In this document: positions 16,530-29,772 of the stretch, piece after piece | Layout: the number at the start of each line of letters is the position of its first letter | Position numbering within the stretch: the first letter of the stretch is position 1 | Notes under the pieces: model-generated | Told to the model about the DNA's origin: nothing | Database searches by the model: none | The model's input: only the letters and a program-made list of their open reading frames with translations | NCBI GenBank assembly: GCA_002269645.1 | Contig: NIVC01000061.1 | Span: 124,001 to 188,000 of the forward strand | DNA length: 64,000 nt | Direction: 5' to 3' | Source of the DNA: Macrostomum lignano | Lineage: Eukaryota | Made by a program: the position numbers and the translations under genes

Positions 16530-17585
16530 ATTGCCCCTGAAGACACTGAGAATCGCCCCTGAAGACACTGAGAATCGCCCCTGAAGACACTGAGAATCGC
16601 CCCTGAAGACACTGAGAATCGCCCCTGAAGACACTGAGAATCGCCCCTGAAGACGCTATGAGAATCGCCCCTGAAGACTGAAAATCGCCCCTGAAGACGC
16701 TATAAGAATCGCCCCTGAAGGCACTGGGAGAATCACCCCTGAAGGCACTAAGATAATCGCCCCTGAAGACACTATGAGAATCGCCCCTGACGACAATGAG
16801 AATCGTCCCTGAAGACACTATGAGAATCGCCCCTGACGACAATGAGAATCGCCCCTGAAAACACTGTGAGAATCGTCCCTGAAGACACTATGAGAATGCC
16901 CCTGAAAACACTGTGAGAATCGCCCCTGAAAACACTGTGAGAATCGCCCCTGAAAACACTGAGAATCGCCCCTGACGACAATGAGAATCGCCCCTGAAGA
17001 CACTGTGAGAATCGCCCCTGAAAACACTGTGAGAATCGCCCCTGAAAACACTGTGAGAATCGCCCCTGAAAACACTGAGAATCGCTCCTGAAAACACTGT
17101 GAGAATCGCCCCGAAAGACACAATGAGAACCGTCCCTGAAGACACTATGAGAATCGCCCCTGACGACAATGAGAATCGCCCCTGAAGACACTGTGAGAAT
17201 CGCCCCTGAAAACACTGTGAGAATCGCCCCTGAAAACACTGTGAGAATCGCCCCTGAAAACACTGTGAGAATCGCCCCTGAAAACACTGTGAGAATCGCC
17301 CCTGAAAACACTGTGAGAATCGCCCCTGAAAACACTGTGAGAATCACCCCTGAAAACACTGAGAATCGCCCCGAAAGACACAATGAGAACCGTCCCTGAA
17401 AACACTGAGAATCGCCCCGGAAGACACTGAGAATCGCCCCTGAAAACACTGTGAGAATCGTCCCTGAAGACACTATGAGAATCGCCCCTGAAAACACTGT
17501 GAGAATCGCCCCGGAAGACACTGTGAGAATCGCCCCTGAAGACACAATAAGAATGCCCCGGAAGACACTGTGAGAATCGCCCTGG
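16530..17585. repeat. 22-24-bp minisatellite (GCCCCTGAAAACACTGTGAGAATC)
   Basis: Visible tandem array. Confidence 0.95.
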
Positions 17586-17639
17586 CACAATATTTCTCAC
17601 TTGTACTTTTATTTGCTTTTTCAGCCAACAAAACCGCTG

Positions 17640-20600
17640 ATGCACCGCTGCTGTCATTCGCTGATTTCGGCTGCTGTGGCGGCTTCGGCCGCTGCGACGT
17701 GCCTTGGCTGGGACCGGATCCGGCTGCAGCAGTGAGCCCCTCTGTGCATGAAAGCTTAGCTGGAATTTCTGCTCAAGTTTCTTCTTCAGTAGTCATCAAA
17801 AATCGCCATCTAGGCACCAGAAACTGCCATCTAGGCACCAGAAACCGCCATCTAAACACCAGAAACTGCCATCTAGGCACCAGAAATCGCCATCTAGGCA
17901 CCAGAAATCGCAATCTAGGCACCATAACTCGCCACCAGAAATCGCCATCTAGGCACCAGAAATCGCTATCTAGGCACCAGAAATCGCAATCTAGGCACCA
18001 GAAATCGCAATCTAGGCACCAGATTTTGGCATCTAGGCACCAGAAACCGCCATCTAGGCACCAGAAATCGCCATCTAGGCACCAGAAATCGCAATCTAGG
18101 CACCAGATTTTGGCATCTAGGCACCAGAAACCGCCATCTAGGCACCAGAAACCGCCAGCTAGGCACCAGAAATCGCAATCTAGGCACCATATTTTGGCAT
18201 CTAGGCACCAGATTTTGGCATCTAGGCACCAGAAATCGCCATCTAGGCACCAGAAATCGCCATCTAGGCACCAGAAATCGCCATCTAGGCACCAGATTTT
18301 GGCATCTAGGCACCAGAAATCGCCATCTAGGCACCAGAAATCGCCAGCTAGGCACCAGAAATCGCCAGCTAGGCACCAGAAATCGCCAGCTAGGCACCAG
18401 AAATCGCCATCTAGGCACCAGATTTTGGCATCTAGGCACCAGAAATCGCCATTTAGGCACCAGAAATCGCCATCGAGGCACCAGAAATCGACATCTAGGC
18501 ACCAGAAATCGCCAGCTAGGCACCAGGAATCGCCAGCTAGGCACCAGAAATCGCCAGCTAGGCACCAGAAATCGCCAGCTAGGCACAAGAAATCGCAGTC
18601 AAGTATCTCAATCTGTCTTCTCCAGGCTCCCAAACAACAATCATCAACAGCAGCACCAGCGGCTGCTTCAACGGCGGCCAAATGTCGCGTTTCGCCCCAC
18701 CGCCTTCGCCGCAGCGGCCGGCTCCACCTTTGATGGCCCACCCGCCACCGCCGCCGCCCCGTCGCCGGAGTCTGACTCCAGCCGCCGGACCCGTCGCCGT
18801 CTCGCCCCGTTGCTCGCCGAAGCGCGTCGCCGTCTGCTGTTGCCGCCTCTTCAAAGTGACGCCGCTGAAGTCGACATCGACGCCGTCTTGGCGCCGGTTC
18901 GCGATGCCCTGGCCGAGGCTCGAACCCGCGACGGTCTGTCGGACGCCGAGCTGCACCGCCTGAGCGCCAGCGCGCACTCGGCGGCCGCGGCCGACTGCAT
19001 CGCGGCGGGCAGGCAGGCCGCCGCCGAGAAACTCCTGCGGGCCGAACTGCAGGTGCAAATCCTGAGCTAAGGGTCTTCCTCAGGCTGACTGAAACTTTCT
19101 AAAATCAGGCCCTGAAGTCTGTCTGACCTTTTCTAAAATCAGGTCCTGAAGACTGTCTGACCTTTTCTAAAATCAGGTTCTGAAAGCTGCCTGATGTCTT
19201 CAAAAATCAGGTCCTGAATTCTGCCTGACGTTTTTAAAAACTACGTCCTGAAGTCTGACTGACGTTTCTAAGAATTAAGTACTGAAGTCCGCCTGACGTT
19301 TCTAAAATATCAGGTCCTGAAGTAATGTTCTGGAAGACAATACAGAGTAATTTCGTTAATTTCTCATCAGAACCTTCAATGACTTCTCAACGAGTGGTAC
19401 TCAATCAAGAACTAGGCCCCTGCGGCTAGCTCTATGTTCAGCCTTGTATTCTGGTCAGGCCCTGAACCTCACCTGATCTTTTTTTCCCAACTCAACCTGC
19501 AGGACCTCCTGCTGGCCGGACTCACAGTTCGCGACCCCGCTGTCGTGGAGACCTCCGTTCGCCTTGGCAACCTGTTGCTAAGCAACGGACGCGTCGAGGC
19601 CGGTTTGGCCGGTCTGGAATTCGCCGTGGACGGCGCCTCGGCCGGCTTGGCCGAGTTTGAGGCTGAAGAGGCAGACAGCCTGCGGCTGGCTGAGCTGCTG
19701 GCCGAGCTGGGGCCGCAGGCTGTGCGCGATGCAGCTGAGGCTGGGAACCTGCAGAGGCTGCAGGCAAAGCTTAAGGAGCGGTGAGTAGAGGATGGAGCTC
19801 CGAGATTCAAGGAGGCATGCAGGGAGGCATGCAGGGAGCTCAGAGATGCAGATAGGCATGCAGGGAGGCATGCAGGGTGCTCAGAGATGCAGGGAGGCAT
19901 GCAGGGAGCTTAGAGATGCAGAGAAGCATGCAGGGTGCTCAGAGATGTAGGGAGGCATGCAGGGAGCTCAAAATGCAGGGAGGCATGCAGGGAGCTCAGA
20001 GATGCAGGGAGGCATGCAGGGAGCTCAGAGATGCAGGGAGGCATGCAGGGAGCTCAGAGATGCAGGGAGGCATGCAGGGAGCTCAGAGATGCAGGGAGGC
20101 ATGCAGGGAGCTCAGAGATGCAGGGAGGCATGCAGGGAGCTCAGATGCAGGGAGCTCAGAGATGCAGGGAAGCAGGCAGGGAGCTCACGTCCATCGCCCG
20201 TCGCCCGCAGGCGCGCCCTGCTCGGTCTGGCGCAGTCCAACCTGGCCAAGGCGTTACTGCACTTCTCCCCTCCAGCAGGCGGCAAATCTGGGACTCGAGC
20301 CCTGGACCTCCTGCGCTCTTCATTGGCCCTGGCCAGGCAGACCTACCCGGGCGGTCACGAAAACGTGGCCTGTCTGCTCAACGACATTGGCGCTCTGCTG
20401 TGCCGGCTCAACCGGCTTGATGAAGCTGTGGAGAGTCTGGAGGCGGCCCTGCGGATGATTGAGCAGCTGAGTGCTGGCTGGGCGGAGGCTTCGCAACGGC
20501 AGCTGATGTGCGCCGCTCTCTGCAACCTAGGAGAGGCTGAGGCGCGCCGAGGCCGGGACGGTCAGGCAGCTCGCGCCTGCCAGCGGGCGATGGAGCTGGC

Positions 20601-20700
20601 GAGGAAGCTGCCGGCTGGAGAGGAGGATCTGCTGGACAGGGCGCACTACTGCATGGCCTTCGTGGAGCGGCTGCTGGAGACTGGGAGCGCCGCTGGCTAG
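17640..20700 (+). CDS. TTC19: TTC19-like tetratricopeptide-repeat protein, 4 exons
   Basis: Exons 17640-17731, 18626-19052, 19503-19780, 20211-20700 splice in frame. AEKLLRAELQDLLLAGLTVRDPAVVETSVRLGNLLLSNGRVEAGLAGLEFAV parallels TTC19 AEKLFKATMSYLLGGGMKQEDNAIIEISLKLASIY...AVAGYEFCI; HENVACLLNDIGALL is a TPR segment. Confidence 0.7.
17795..18600. repeat. 21-bp minisatellite (CTAGGCACCAGAAATCGCCAT) in TTC19-like intron 1
   Basis: Visible tandem array. Confidence 0.95.
19100..19330. repeat. Degenerate ~33-bp repeat in TTC19-like intron 2
   Basis: Recurrent AAAATCAGGTCCTGAAG..TGAC..TTTCT. Confidence 0.75.
19810..20180. repeat. 29-bp minisatellite in TTC19-like intron 3
   Basis: Unit GCAGGGAGCTCAGAGATGCAGGGAGGCAT. 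Confidence 0.93.
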
Positions 20701-20704
20701 CTGG

Positions 20705-21145
20705 GGATGGCTGGTGCTGGCTGGTGTTGGCTGGCTGGTGCTGGCTGGCTGGTGCTGGCTGGCTGGTTCTGGCTGATGCTGGCTGGTGCGGGCTGGCTAG
20801 TGCTGGCTGGCTGATGCTGGCTGGTGCGGGCTGGCTGGTGCTGGCTGGCTGGTGCTGGCTGGCTGGTGCTGGCTGATGCTGGCTGGTGCTGGCTGGCTGA
20901 TGCTGGCTGGTGTTGGCTGGCTAGTGCTGGCTGGCTAGTGCTGGCTGGCTGGTGCTGGCTGGCTAGTGCTGGCTGGTGCGGGCTGGCTGGTGCTGGCTGG
21001 CTGGTGCTGGCTGGCTGGTGCTGGCTGATGCTGGCTGGTGCTGGCTGGCTGATGCTGGCTGGTGTTGGCTGGCTAGTGCTGGCTGGCTAGTGCTGGCTGG
21101 CTGGTGCTGGCTGGCTAGTGCTGGCTGGTGCGGGCTGGTGCTGGC
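20705..21145. repeat. GCTG-based low-complexity repeat immediately after TTC19-like stop
   Basis: Visible. Confidence 0.93.
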
Positions 21146-21880
21146 CTTTCTGGTCTTTCTGGCCTAAATGCAAAGACCCGATAATTGTGTTGCTAAAAAA
21201 GTTTTTAACGTGTTAAATTAAATATACGCTTGCGAGTGTAAATTAGTTAGAATCCGACTGTACACTACATGTACACACATTTACACCTGCACATGATGCA
21301 TTTCTTTGTGTATCGGTTATTTTCAAGCAACGGTCGGACTGGATGTCCGTGTAGGCTTTCATGTACAGTTGGTTTATCTGCTGCATTGCACACCTCAGAG
21401 CATTTCCCGGACAATAATAACCACCCTAAAGTAGATCCGGTTAGATCCGGTTTCCCCTGCTCAGCACATTCTACCCGAGCTGCATCAAATTAGCGAGCAT
21501 TAATTTCACTGTTTAGGTCTGCGCGGGGCTGAAAAATCATTTATAACTTATGGTATCCGCCACCTACATGTAAGACATTCTCTCCGCTCAGCGCTACAGC
21601 CCACAGCCCCTGGTAGCCGCTTCACGCCTGCTTCCTCGCCCCCTACCCCCTGTACAGGGCCTGGCGAGTGTACAGCCACCCAGTGTACACTCCTCCCACT
21701 CCGGTTCTCCCTTCCTTCCTGCCCCCTGCCGCCTCCGCGCCTTCCCAGCTTTACCGCCCTTGGCTCCTCCCGGATCCCCAGACCCGCCGGCGCATACAAA
21801 ACTCTCCCCCTCTCGTTCTTCTCTCGCCTTCCCATTCCCAATTCTCCACTTTCTGGTAAACAAAGCCCAGCCCAAAGTCC

Positions 21881-24694
21881 ATGGAGGAGGCGCATTGTCG
21901 GCGCCGGCTTCGGCGACAGCAGCGGCTGCCAGCGAGTCTGCTGACCGGCCTTCTGCTGCTGCTCGCGGCGGCCTGGGCGTTTGGGGCTCGGCCCGGAGCC
22001 GGTCTGCAGCTGGGCGATGGCAGTGAGTTCGATGCATTGCCTGAGTTGTTTTGACTACAACTCGACACTCAGTCACTTCACCGGCCTAAACTGAAAACTC
22101 TAAAATGTCAGAACTCACGCCCTCAGAACTCAGTCACGCCTTCAGAGCTCAGTCACGCCTTCAGAGCTCAGTCACGCCTTTAGAACTCAGTCACGCCTTC
22201 AGAACTCAGTCACGCCTTCAACACTCAGTCACACCTTCAACACTCAGTCACACCTTCAACACTCAGTCACACCTTCAACACTCAGTCACACCTCAAACTG
22301 CAATCTCACCCACACCCAGCAGTGGAAGCGGGCGCCTCCATGGGCCTGCGCCACCTGAGCAGCGCGCTGCCTTTAGCGCCGGCCAACGCCTGCACGCCGC
22401 GCTCCATCGAGACCTTCCCGCCGGACCTCATCAGCACGCCAGCCAAGCAGAGGGGCGCCATCCTGCTGCACGTCTGCGTGGCCGTCTGGCTGTTTGCCGC
22501 TCTGGCCGTCGTCTGCGACGAGTACTTTGTGGCGTCGCTGGAGGTGCTCTGCGATGGTGAGCCCGGTGCACTTCTGGTGCCTGGCTGTGCTCTTCATCTC
22601 TCTCCTCTGCTCTCCCTCTCCATGTCATCCCTTCGCTGTCTTCCTCTCCCTGTCTCCCTCTCCCTGTCTCCCTCTCTCTGTCTTCCTCTCCCTGTCTCCC
22701 TCTCCCTGTCTCCCTCTCCTGTCTCCCTCTCCCTGTCTCCCTCTCCTGTCTCCCTCTCCCTGTCTCCCTCTCCTGTCTCCCTCTCTCTGTCTCCCTCTCC
22801 TGTCTCCCTCTCCCTGTCTCCCTCTCCTGTCTCCCTCTCCCTGTCTCCCTCTCTCTGTCTCCCTCTCCTGTCTCCCTCTCTCTGTCTCCCTCTCCTGTCT
22901 CCCTCTCCCTGTCTCCCTCTCCCTGTATTCCTCTCCCTGTCTCCCTCTCTCTGTCTCCCTCTCTCTGTCTCCCTCTCCTGTCTCCCTCTCTCTGTCTCCC
23001 TCTCCTGTCTCCCTCTCCCTGTCTCCCTCTCCCTGTATTCCTCTCCCTGTCTCCCTCTCTCTGTCTCCCTCTCCCTGTCTCCCTCTCCCTGTCTCCCTCT
23101 CCCTGTACTCCTCTCCCTGTCTCCCTCTCCCTGTACTCCTCTCCCTGTCTCCCTCTCCCTGTCTCCCTCTCTCTCCCTCTCCTGTCTCCCTCTCCCTGTC
23201 TCCCTCTCCCTGTATTCCTCTCCCTGTCTCCCTCTCTCTGTCTCCCTCTCCCTGTCTCCCTCTCCCTGTCTCCCTCTCCCTGTACTCCTCTCCCTGTCTC
23301 CCTCTCCCTGTACTCCTCTCCCTGTCTCCCTCTCCCTGTCTCCCTCTCTCTCCCTCTCCCTGTACTCCTCTCCCTGTCTCCCTCTCCCTGTCTCCCTCTC
23401 CCTGTCTCCCTCTCCCTGTCTCCCTCTCCCTGTACTCCTCTCCCTGTCTCCCTCTCCCTGTCTCCCTCTCCCTGTCTCCCTCTCTCTGTACTCCTCTCCC
23501 TGTCTCCCTCTCCCTGTCTCCCTCTCCCTGTCTCCCTCTCCCTGTCTCCCTCTCTCTGTCTCCCTCTCCCTGTACTCCTCTCCCTGTCTCCCTCTCCCTG
23601 TCTCCCTCTCTCTGTCTCCATCTCCCTGTACTCCTCTCTCCCTGTCTTTCTCTCCTTGTCTCCCTCTCACTGTATCCCTCTCCATTTCTCCGAGTCCCTC
23701 TCCATTTCTCCTTTTCACTGTCTCCCTCTCACTGTCTCCTTCTCCATGTCTCCCTCTCCCTGCTCTTTAGTGCCTGCCCCAGATCCCTGAGCAGTGTCAG
23801 GGCTAGGCCAGTTAAAACCAATTCACCTACTTGCTGGAAAACTCAGCGCGAGCTACTGAGTATCTGCAGGCTTCATCTGACAATATCCTTGGCTTGTTCT
23901 GGCTTTTCTTCATCTCTTCGGCAGTTTTAACGATCGTTTTGGCTCCAATTTCTCCCTTCCCGTCTACCCGCTGAGGCGCAGTGTTTACTGATCCCCATAC
24001 AGCCTCCGCTCTCCATCGATCGCATTTCAAGCGCCTCAGTGTGGCAGAGAGGGGGGCAGTGCCGATCCGCACTGTCGCAACAGCTGACACATCCTCTCTG
24101 AGTACATTTTGCGCTACTCTTCTCAATACTAAAAGTGAATTCCCACCGGGTCTCACAGTTGTTCATTGCGCCTCTATGAAAGCCCGGTTCTGAAAAATAA
24201 AGGTCCCGAAAGTCTCGAAGGTCCGCCATGCTGACCACTGCCCAGCCATCATTTTTTATTGAGAAGCTTATCTGTAGGGACTGCAGCACAAGGAAGGCCA
24301 GCTGCAGGGGCGCCAGCACCAGGGGCGCCAGCACCAGTGGCGCCAGCACCAGTGACGCCAGCACTAGGGGCGCCAGCACGAGAAAGAATTCAGTACCGAT
24401 TATTTCAGAGAGACAGTCAGTAGCTCAATAGAGCATTGATTCCCATTTTCTATTGCATATTTGCAGTGCTCAAACTCAAACCGGACGTAGCCGGCGCCAC
24501 CTTCATGGCTGCTGGCAGCTCCGCCCCGGAGTTGTTCACATCCGTCATCGGCGTCTTCTTTGCCGATAGCGACGTCGGCGTCAGCACCATCGTTGGCAGC
24601 GCCGTCTTCAACCTGCTGTTCATCATCGGCTTGTGTGGCCTGTGCGCCACTCAGGTGACCGCCTGTGTCTGCCTGTCTGTCTGTCTGCTGTCTT

Positions 24695-24777
<83 letters not shown>

Positions 24778-24789
24778 TAGTGTCTGTCC

Positions 24790-24831
<42 letters not shown>

Positions 24832-27800
24832 AGATATCAACTCAAGCATCAAAGCTGACCCCAAGTCATGGCATAACCAATCCCAGGCCATCTACCTGTC
24901 CTGGTGGCCGATGTTCAGAGACTGCTCCTATTACAGCCTCAGTGTGATTAGCCTCATTCTGGTGATTTACAACGAGGAGGTTCACTGGTAAGCAGCCTCA
25001 CGTTCCAGAAAGAATGTACGAGACCACCTGACACTGGATTATTATCGCTATTTGTCCTGGACAATATCCTAGGCGACCTACTGTTAGTAGTGCTGTCTAG
25101 TTAGTTTTTTAATTTGAACAATACCCGCTGCCTCAGGTACGAAGCTCTGATCTTTCTCGTGATGTACTGCGGCTACATCGCCATCATGTACTTGAATGAG
25201 AGGATTGACAGCTCGATTGCCGCCAGATTCCCCGCCCTGGCCACCGGTGGGAGCCAGCGATTGGCCCAGGCTGATGCGGAGGCGGCGGCGGCGGCGGGCG
25301 CGACGGTCAGGGAGACCGGAGTGCCCATGGGTGAGCCGTGAAACTAAACCAAGTTAGCATCATCTCGAATTCCACATCCTCTCAAATCCCACATCTTCCT
25401 AAAATCCCAACTCTCCACAAATCCTACATCTTCCCAGAGTTCTACATCTTCCCAGAATTCTACATCTTCCCAGAATCCTACATCTTCCCAGAATCCCAAA
25501 TCTTCGTAGAATTCCACATCTTCCAAATCTCACATCTTCCAAATCTCACATCTTCCAAATCTCACATCTTCCCAGAATCCCACATCTTCCCAGAATCCCA
25601 CATCTTCCCAGAATCCGACATCTTCCCAGAATCCCACATCTTCCCAGAATCCCACATCTTCCCAGAATCCCACATCTTCCCAGAATCCCACATCTTCCCA
25701 GAATCCCACATCTTCCCAGAATCCCACATCTTCCCAGAATCCCACATCTTCCCAGAATCCCACATCTTCCCAGAATCCCACATCTTCCCAGAATCCCACA
25801 TCTTCCCAGAATCCCACATCTTCCCAGAATCCCACATCTTCCCAGAATCCCACATCTTCCCAGAATCCCACATCTTCCCAGAATCCCACATCTTCCCAGA
25901 ATCCCACATCTTCCCAGAATCCCACATCTTCCCAGAATCCCACATCTTCCCAGAATCCCACATCTTCCCAGAATCCCACATCTTCCCAGAATCCCACATC
26001 TTCCCAGAATCCCACATCTTCCTAAAACCACACGAGCGCTTGTATGCCCATGTGCGTCCTTCCAATATTTCATATCGCTAAATTTTACATCCCCTCAATG
26101 CTCCGTTTTCTCTTCAGTCGCATCCAATCTCTAATCACCGATAATCCTTCGAAGAGCCACTCAGTCAGTTGCCAATAAACTGGCAATCCCTGGTCCGCAC
26201 GCAGAATTCCACAACCCCGCCCTGGACGCCGCTGACGACCTCTCGGAGAGCGGCCGCAGGCTGGCGGTCAATCAGATGATGTTCGACGCAGAGCTACAGC
26301 TGCAGAGGTCCGCGTCCGACCTGGGAGACACGGATGAATCGCCTCAGACTGTTGAGGTCCAGGGTGAGGCACCTTCTGGCCGGAACTGATGGACTAGGGG
26401 CTGGGGGAACAGGTGAACAGGTGAGGAGGGGAACAGGTGAGGAGGAGAACAGTAGAGGAGGGGAACAGGTGAGGAGGGGAACAGGTGAGGAGGGGCACAG
26501 GTGAGGAGGAGAACAGGAGAGAAGGGGAACAGGTGAGGAGGGGAACAGGTGAGGAGGAGAACAGGTGAGGAGGAGAACAGGAGAGGAGGGGAACAGGTGA
26601 GAAGGGGAACAGGTGAGGAGGGGAACAGGTGAGAAGGGGAACAGGTGAAAAATTGAGGAGGGGAACAAGTGAGGAGGGGAACAGGTGAGAAGGGGAACAG
26701 GTGAGGAGGGGAACAGGTGATTAATTTCCCCAACTCAAATCCGCCACCCCAGCTGAGCCGTACGAGTCGCCGCTCTCCATGCCGAAGTCGCGCGGCAAGC
26801 GGATCTACTGGGCGCTGATGCTGCCGTGGCACCTGGTGTTCGCGCTCAGCATCCCGGACTGCCGTCGGCCCGGCGGTAGGTGGCGCAAAATCTTCTTCAT
26901 CACCCTACTGAACAGCATCCTGTGGATAGCGGGGATGAGCTACCTGCTGGTGTGGATGGTCTGCGCTGTTGGTATGAAAATTGAAACTATTTTGCTTTAA
27001 AAATCGTCATTTCTACTTGCAGTAGTTGAATTCGGACATGGTTACTTTCTTCTCCGCTTTTTTTACAACAATTAGGCGACACGCTGGGCATTCCCGACAC
27101 GGTGATGGGGCTGACGCTGCTGGCTGCTGGCACCTCCGTGCCGGACGCTCTGTCCAGCATCTTTGTAGCTAGGGACGGTGAGTTTTTCGGCTTTTATTGC
27201 TTTTCAGCTTGTATTTAGAGGCGGTGAGCAGAGGCGGTGAGCAGAGGCGGTGAGCAGAGGCGGTGAGCAGAGGCGGTGAGCAGAGGCGGTGAGCAGAGGC
27301 GGTGAGCAGAGGCGGTGAGCAGAGGCGGTGAGCAAAGGGCAGTGAGCAGAGGCAGTGAGCAGAGGCGGTGAGCAGAGGCGGTGAGCAAAGGGCAGTGAGC
27401 AGAGGCAGTGAGCAGAGGGCGGTGAGCAGAGGCGGTGAGCAGAGGGCGGTGAGCAGAGGCTGTGAGCAGAGGGCGGTGAGCAGAGGCGGTGAGCAGAGGC
27501 GGTGAGCAGAGGGCGGTGAGCAGAGGCGGTGAGCAGAGGGGCGGTGAGCATAGACAGCCATGGCTGAATGCCAAGGATCGATCGGCAACGCCCTCCCCGC
27601 TGCCGCAGGCTTCGGCGACATGGCCGTCTCGAACAGCGTGGGCAGCAACGTGTTCGACATCCTGATGGGGCTCGGCCTGCCCTGGCTGGTCAGCACCGGC
27701 TTGAAGAGCCCCGGCAGCTTCGTGAAGATCAACTCGGCCGGGCTCACCTACTCGTCTGTGACGCTTCTGTCCACAGTGCTGTTCCTGTTCCTGTCCGTGT

Positions 27801-27943
27801 ACTTTAACAAGATGAGGCTGGACCGGAGGCTGGGCCTGGTCTGCCTGCTGCTCTACTGCGTCTTCATCACTGTGTCAATCCTGTTCGAGACGAACGTCTT
27901 CGCCAAGATGAACCCGCCGGCCTGTCCGAGGAGTCGGCATTGA
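21881..27943 (+). CDS. SLC24: K+-dependent Na+/Ca2+ exchanger (SLC24/NCKX family), 9 exons
   Basis: Exons 21881-22022, 22320-22556, 24467-24654, 24887-24987, 25137-25330, 26205-26363, 26753-26971, 27076-27177, 27609-27943, all phase-compatible. Alpha-1 repeat [18 protein letters not shown] and TIVGSAVFN; alpha-2 repeat [13 protein letters not shown] and [16 protein letters not shown]. Confidence 0.93.
22120..22290. repeat. 19-bp minisatellite in NCKX intron 1
   Basis: Unit ACTCAGTCACGCCTTCAGA. Confidence 0.9.
22600..23760. repeat. CT-rich polypyrimidine repeat in NCKX intron 2
   Basis: CTCTCCCTGTCTCC-type units. Confidence 0.95.
24665..24830. repeat. (GTCT)n microsatellite in NCKX intron 3
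   Basis: Visible. Confidence 0.97.
25360..26022. repeat. 18-bp minisatellite (CCCAGAATCCCACATCTT) in NCKX intron 5
   Basis: Nearly perfect copies over about 450 bp. Confidence 0.97.
26400..26720. repeat. 16-17-bp GA-rich minisatellite (GAACAGGTGAGGAGGG) in NCKX intron 6
   Basis: Visible. Confidence 0.93.
27218..27550. repeat. 13-bp minisatellite (GCGGTGAGCAGAG) in NCKX intron 8
   Basis: Visible. Confidence 0.95.
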
Positions 27944-27984
27944 TTTAAAGTACATTTGCTCTTCATTTGTAGCTCTGACCTCAC

Positions 27985-29440
27985 TTTATGACCCACTCTG
28001 GGAATCCACTGTATGACCCACTCTGTAACCGTCTCTATGACCCACTCTACGACCCACTCTATAGCTCCCCTCTATGACCCACTCTACATGTATGACTCCT
28101 CTCTATGACCCATTCTATGACTCCACTCTATGGCCCACTTTATGACCCACTCTATGACCCATTAGATGACTCCACTCTATGACTCCACTTTATCACCCAC
28201 TTTATCACCCACTCTGTGACTTCAATGTATGACTACACGGTATGACCCACTCTGTAACCCTCTCTATGACCCACTCTATGACTCCACTATATAGCCGACT
28301 CCATGACCAACTCTATGACCCACTCTATGATCCACTGTACATGTACATGTATGACTCCTCTCTATGACCCACTCTATGACTCCACTCTAAGGCCCACTCT
28401 ATGACCAACTCTATGACACACTATATGTCCCATTAGATGACTCCACTGTATGACTCTTTTTACAACTCTACTTTATGATCACCTTTACGACTACATGACT
28501 CACTCATTCTCTGTCTCATACGCATCGGCTTATTAATTCTGACATGTCACACTGTGTGACCAAAAGTCTGTTTGGGGACTGCAGATCTGACACTGGAGTG
28601 TTCACTAAAGCTTAAGCAAATATTAATTTTTTCTCGAGCTCCTGCTATCTGGGTTCCGTATATTTCTTTTTATTTTTGAGCAGTCACTGCTCAAAGCAAT
28701 CGCTAGTTAGCTATATCGATGCACTCTCTGCAATCAATCTGTATGCAGACTTTGCTTCACTGCATATGCAGCTCACCGTTATTGCTGGCACGCCAACACT
28801 TTTTTCCGTCTTCTACGAGTCTATATTTATTTATACCTATGAAGTCTGTATAATACACATGGAGCACATTGAGCGGTTTATCTTTCATAATTTGTAGCTT
28901 TTCGAAATTTTGTTTTTTTAGTTCATATATTTGTGAACCTAAAATTGTTCGATGGGTTTATTATACATCAATTTACGCAAGTATCCCATTTATTGTATAT
29001 TTAATTAACTTAGCAATCAAGAAATCAATTTATTAATCAATTATTCAATCACATCATTCAATCAATCAATCAATTAATCAATCAATCAATTAATCAATCA
29101 GTCAATCAATCGATCCATCAATCAATCATAACTTTTAGACTTATAGTCAATCAACCACTCTATAACCCACTCTATATCTCACCCTATGACTCCACTCTGT
29201 GACCCACTCTATTACCCATTCAATGACCCAATTTTTTATCCACTCTTTGACTTTACTGTATGACTCCACTGTATTACCTACTCTATGACTCACTCTATGA
29301 CTCTTTCTACAACTCTACTTTATGATCACTTCTACGACTATATGACTCACTCTATGACTACTATGACTCATTGTCTCATACTCATCGGTTTATTCATTCT
29401 GACATGTCACACTGTGACTAAAAGTCTGTATGGGACAATC
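27985..29440. repeat. Degenerate ATGACCCACTCT repeats plus a duplicated ~120-bp unique tail
   Basis: Segment 28455-28578 recurs at about 29300-29436. Confidence 0.8.
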
Positions 29441-29442
29441 AG

Positions 29443-29505
<63 letters not shown>

Positions 29506-29574
29506 GTCAATCAATTAATCAATCAGTCAATCAATCAGTCAATCAATCAATCAAACAATCAATCAATCAATCAG

Positions 29575-29605
<31 letters not shown>

Positions 29606-29606
29606 G

Positions 29607-29637
<31 letters not shown>

Positions 29638-29720
29638 GTCAATCAATCAATCAATCAGTCAATCAATCAGTCAATCAATCAATCAAACAATCAATCAATC
29701 AATCAGTCAATCAATCAACA
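29440..29720. repeat. (TCAA)n microsatellite
   Basis: Visible; a shorter tract lies at 29040-29125. Confidence 0.97.
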
Positions 29721-29772
29721 GTCAACCAACAGTCATCCGCCTGTCGGGGTCAAATGATTCCAGTCCAGGGGA

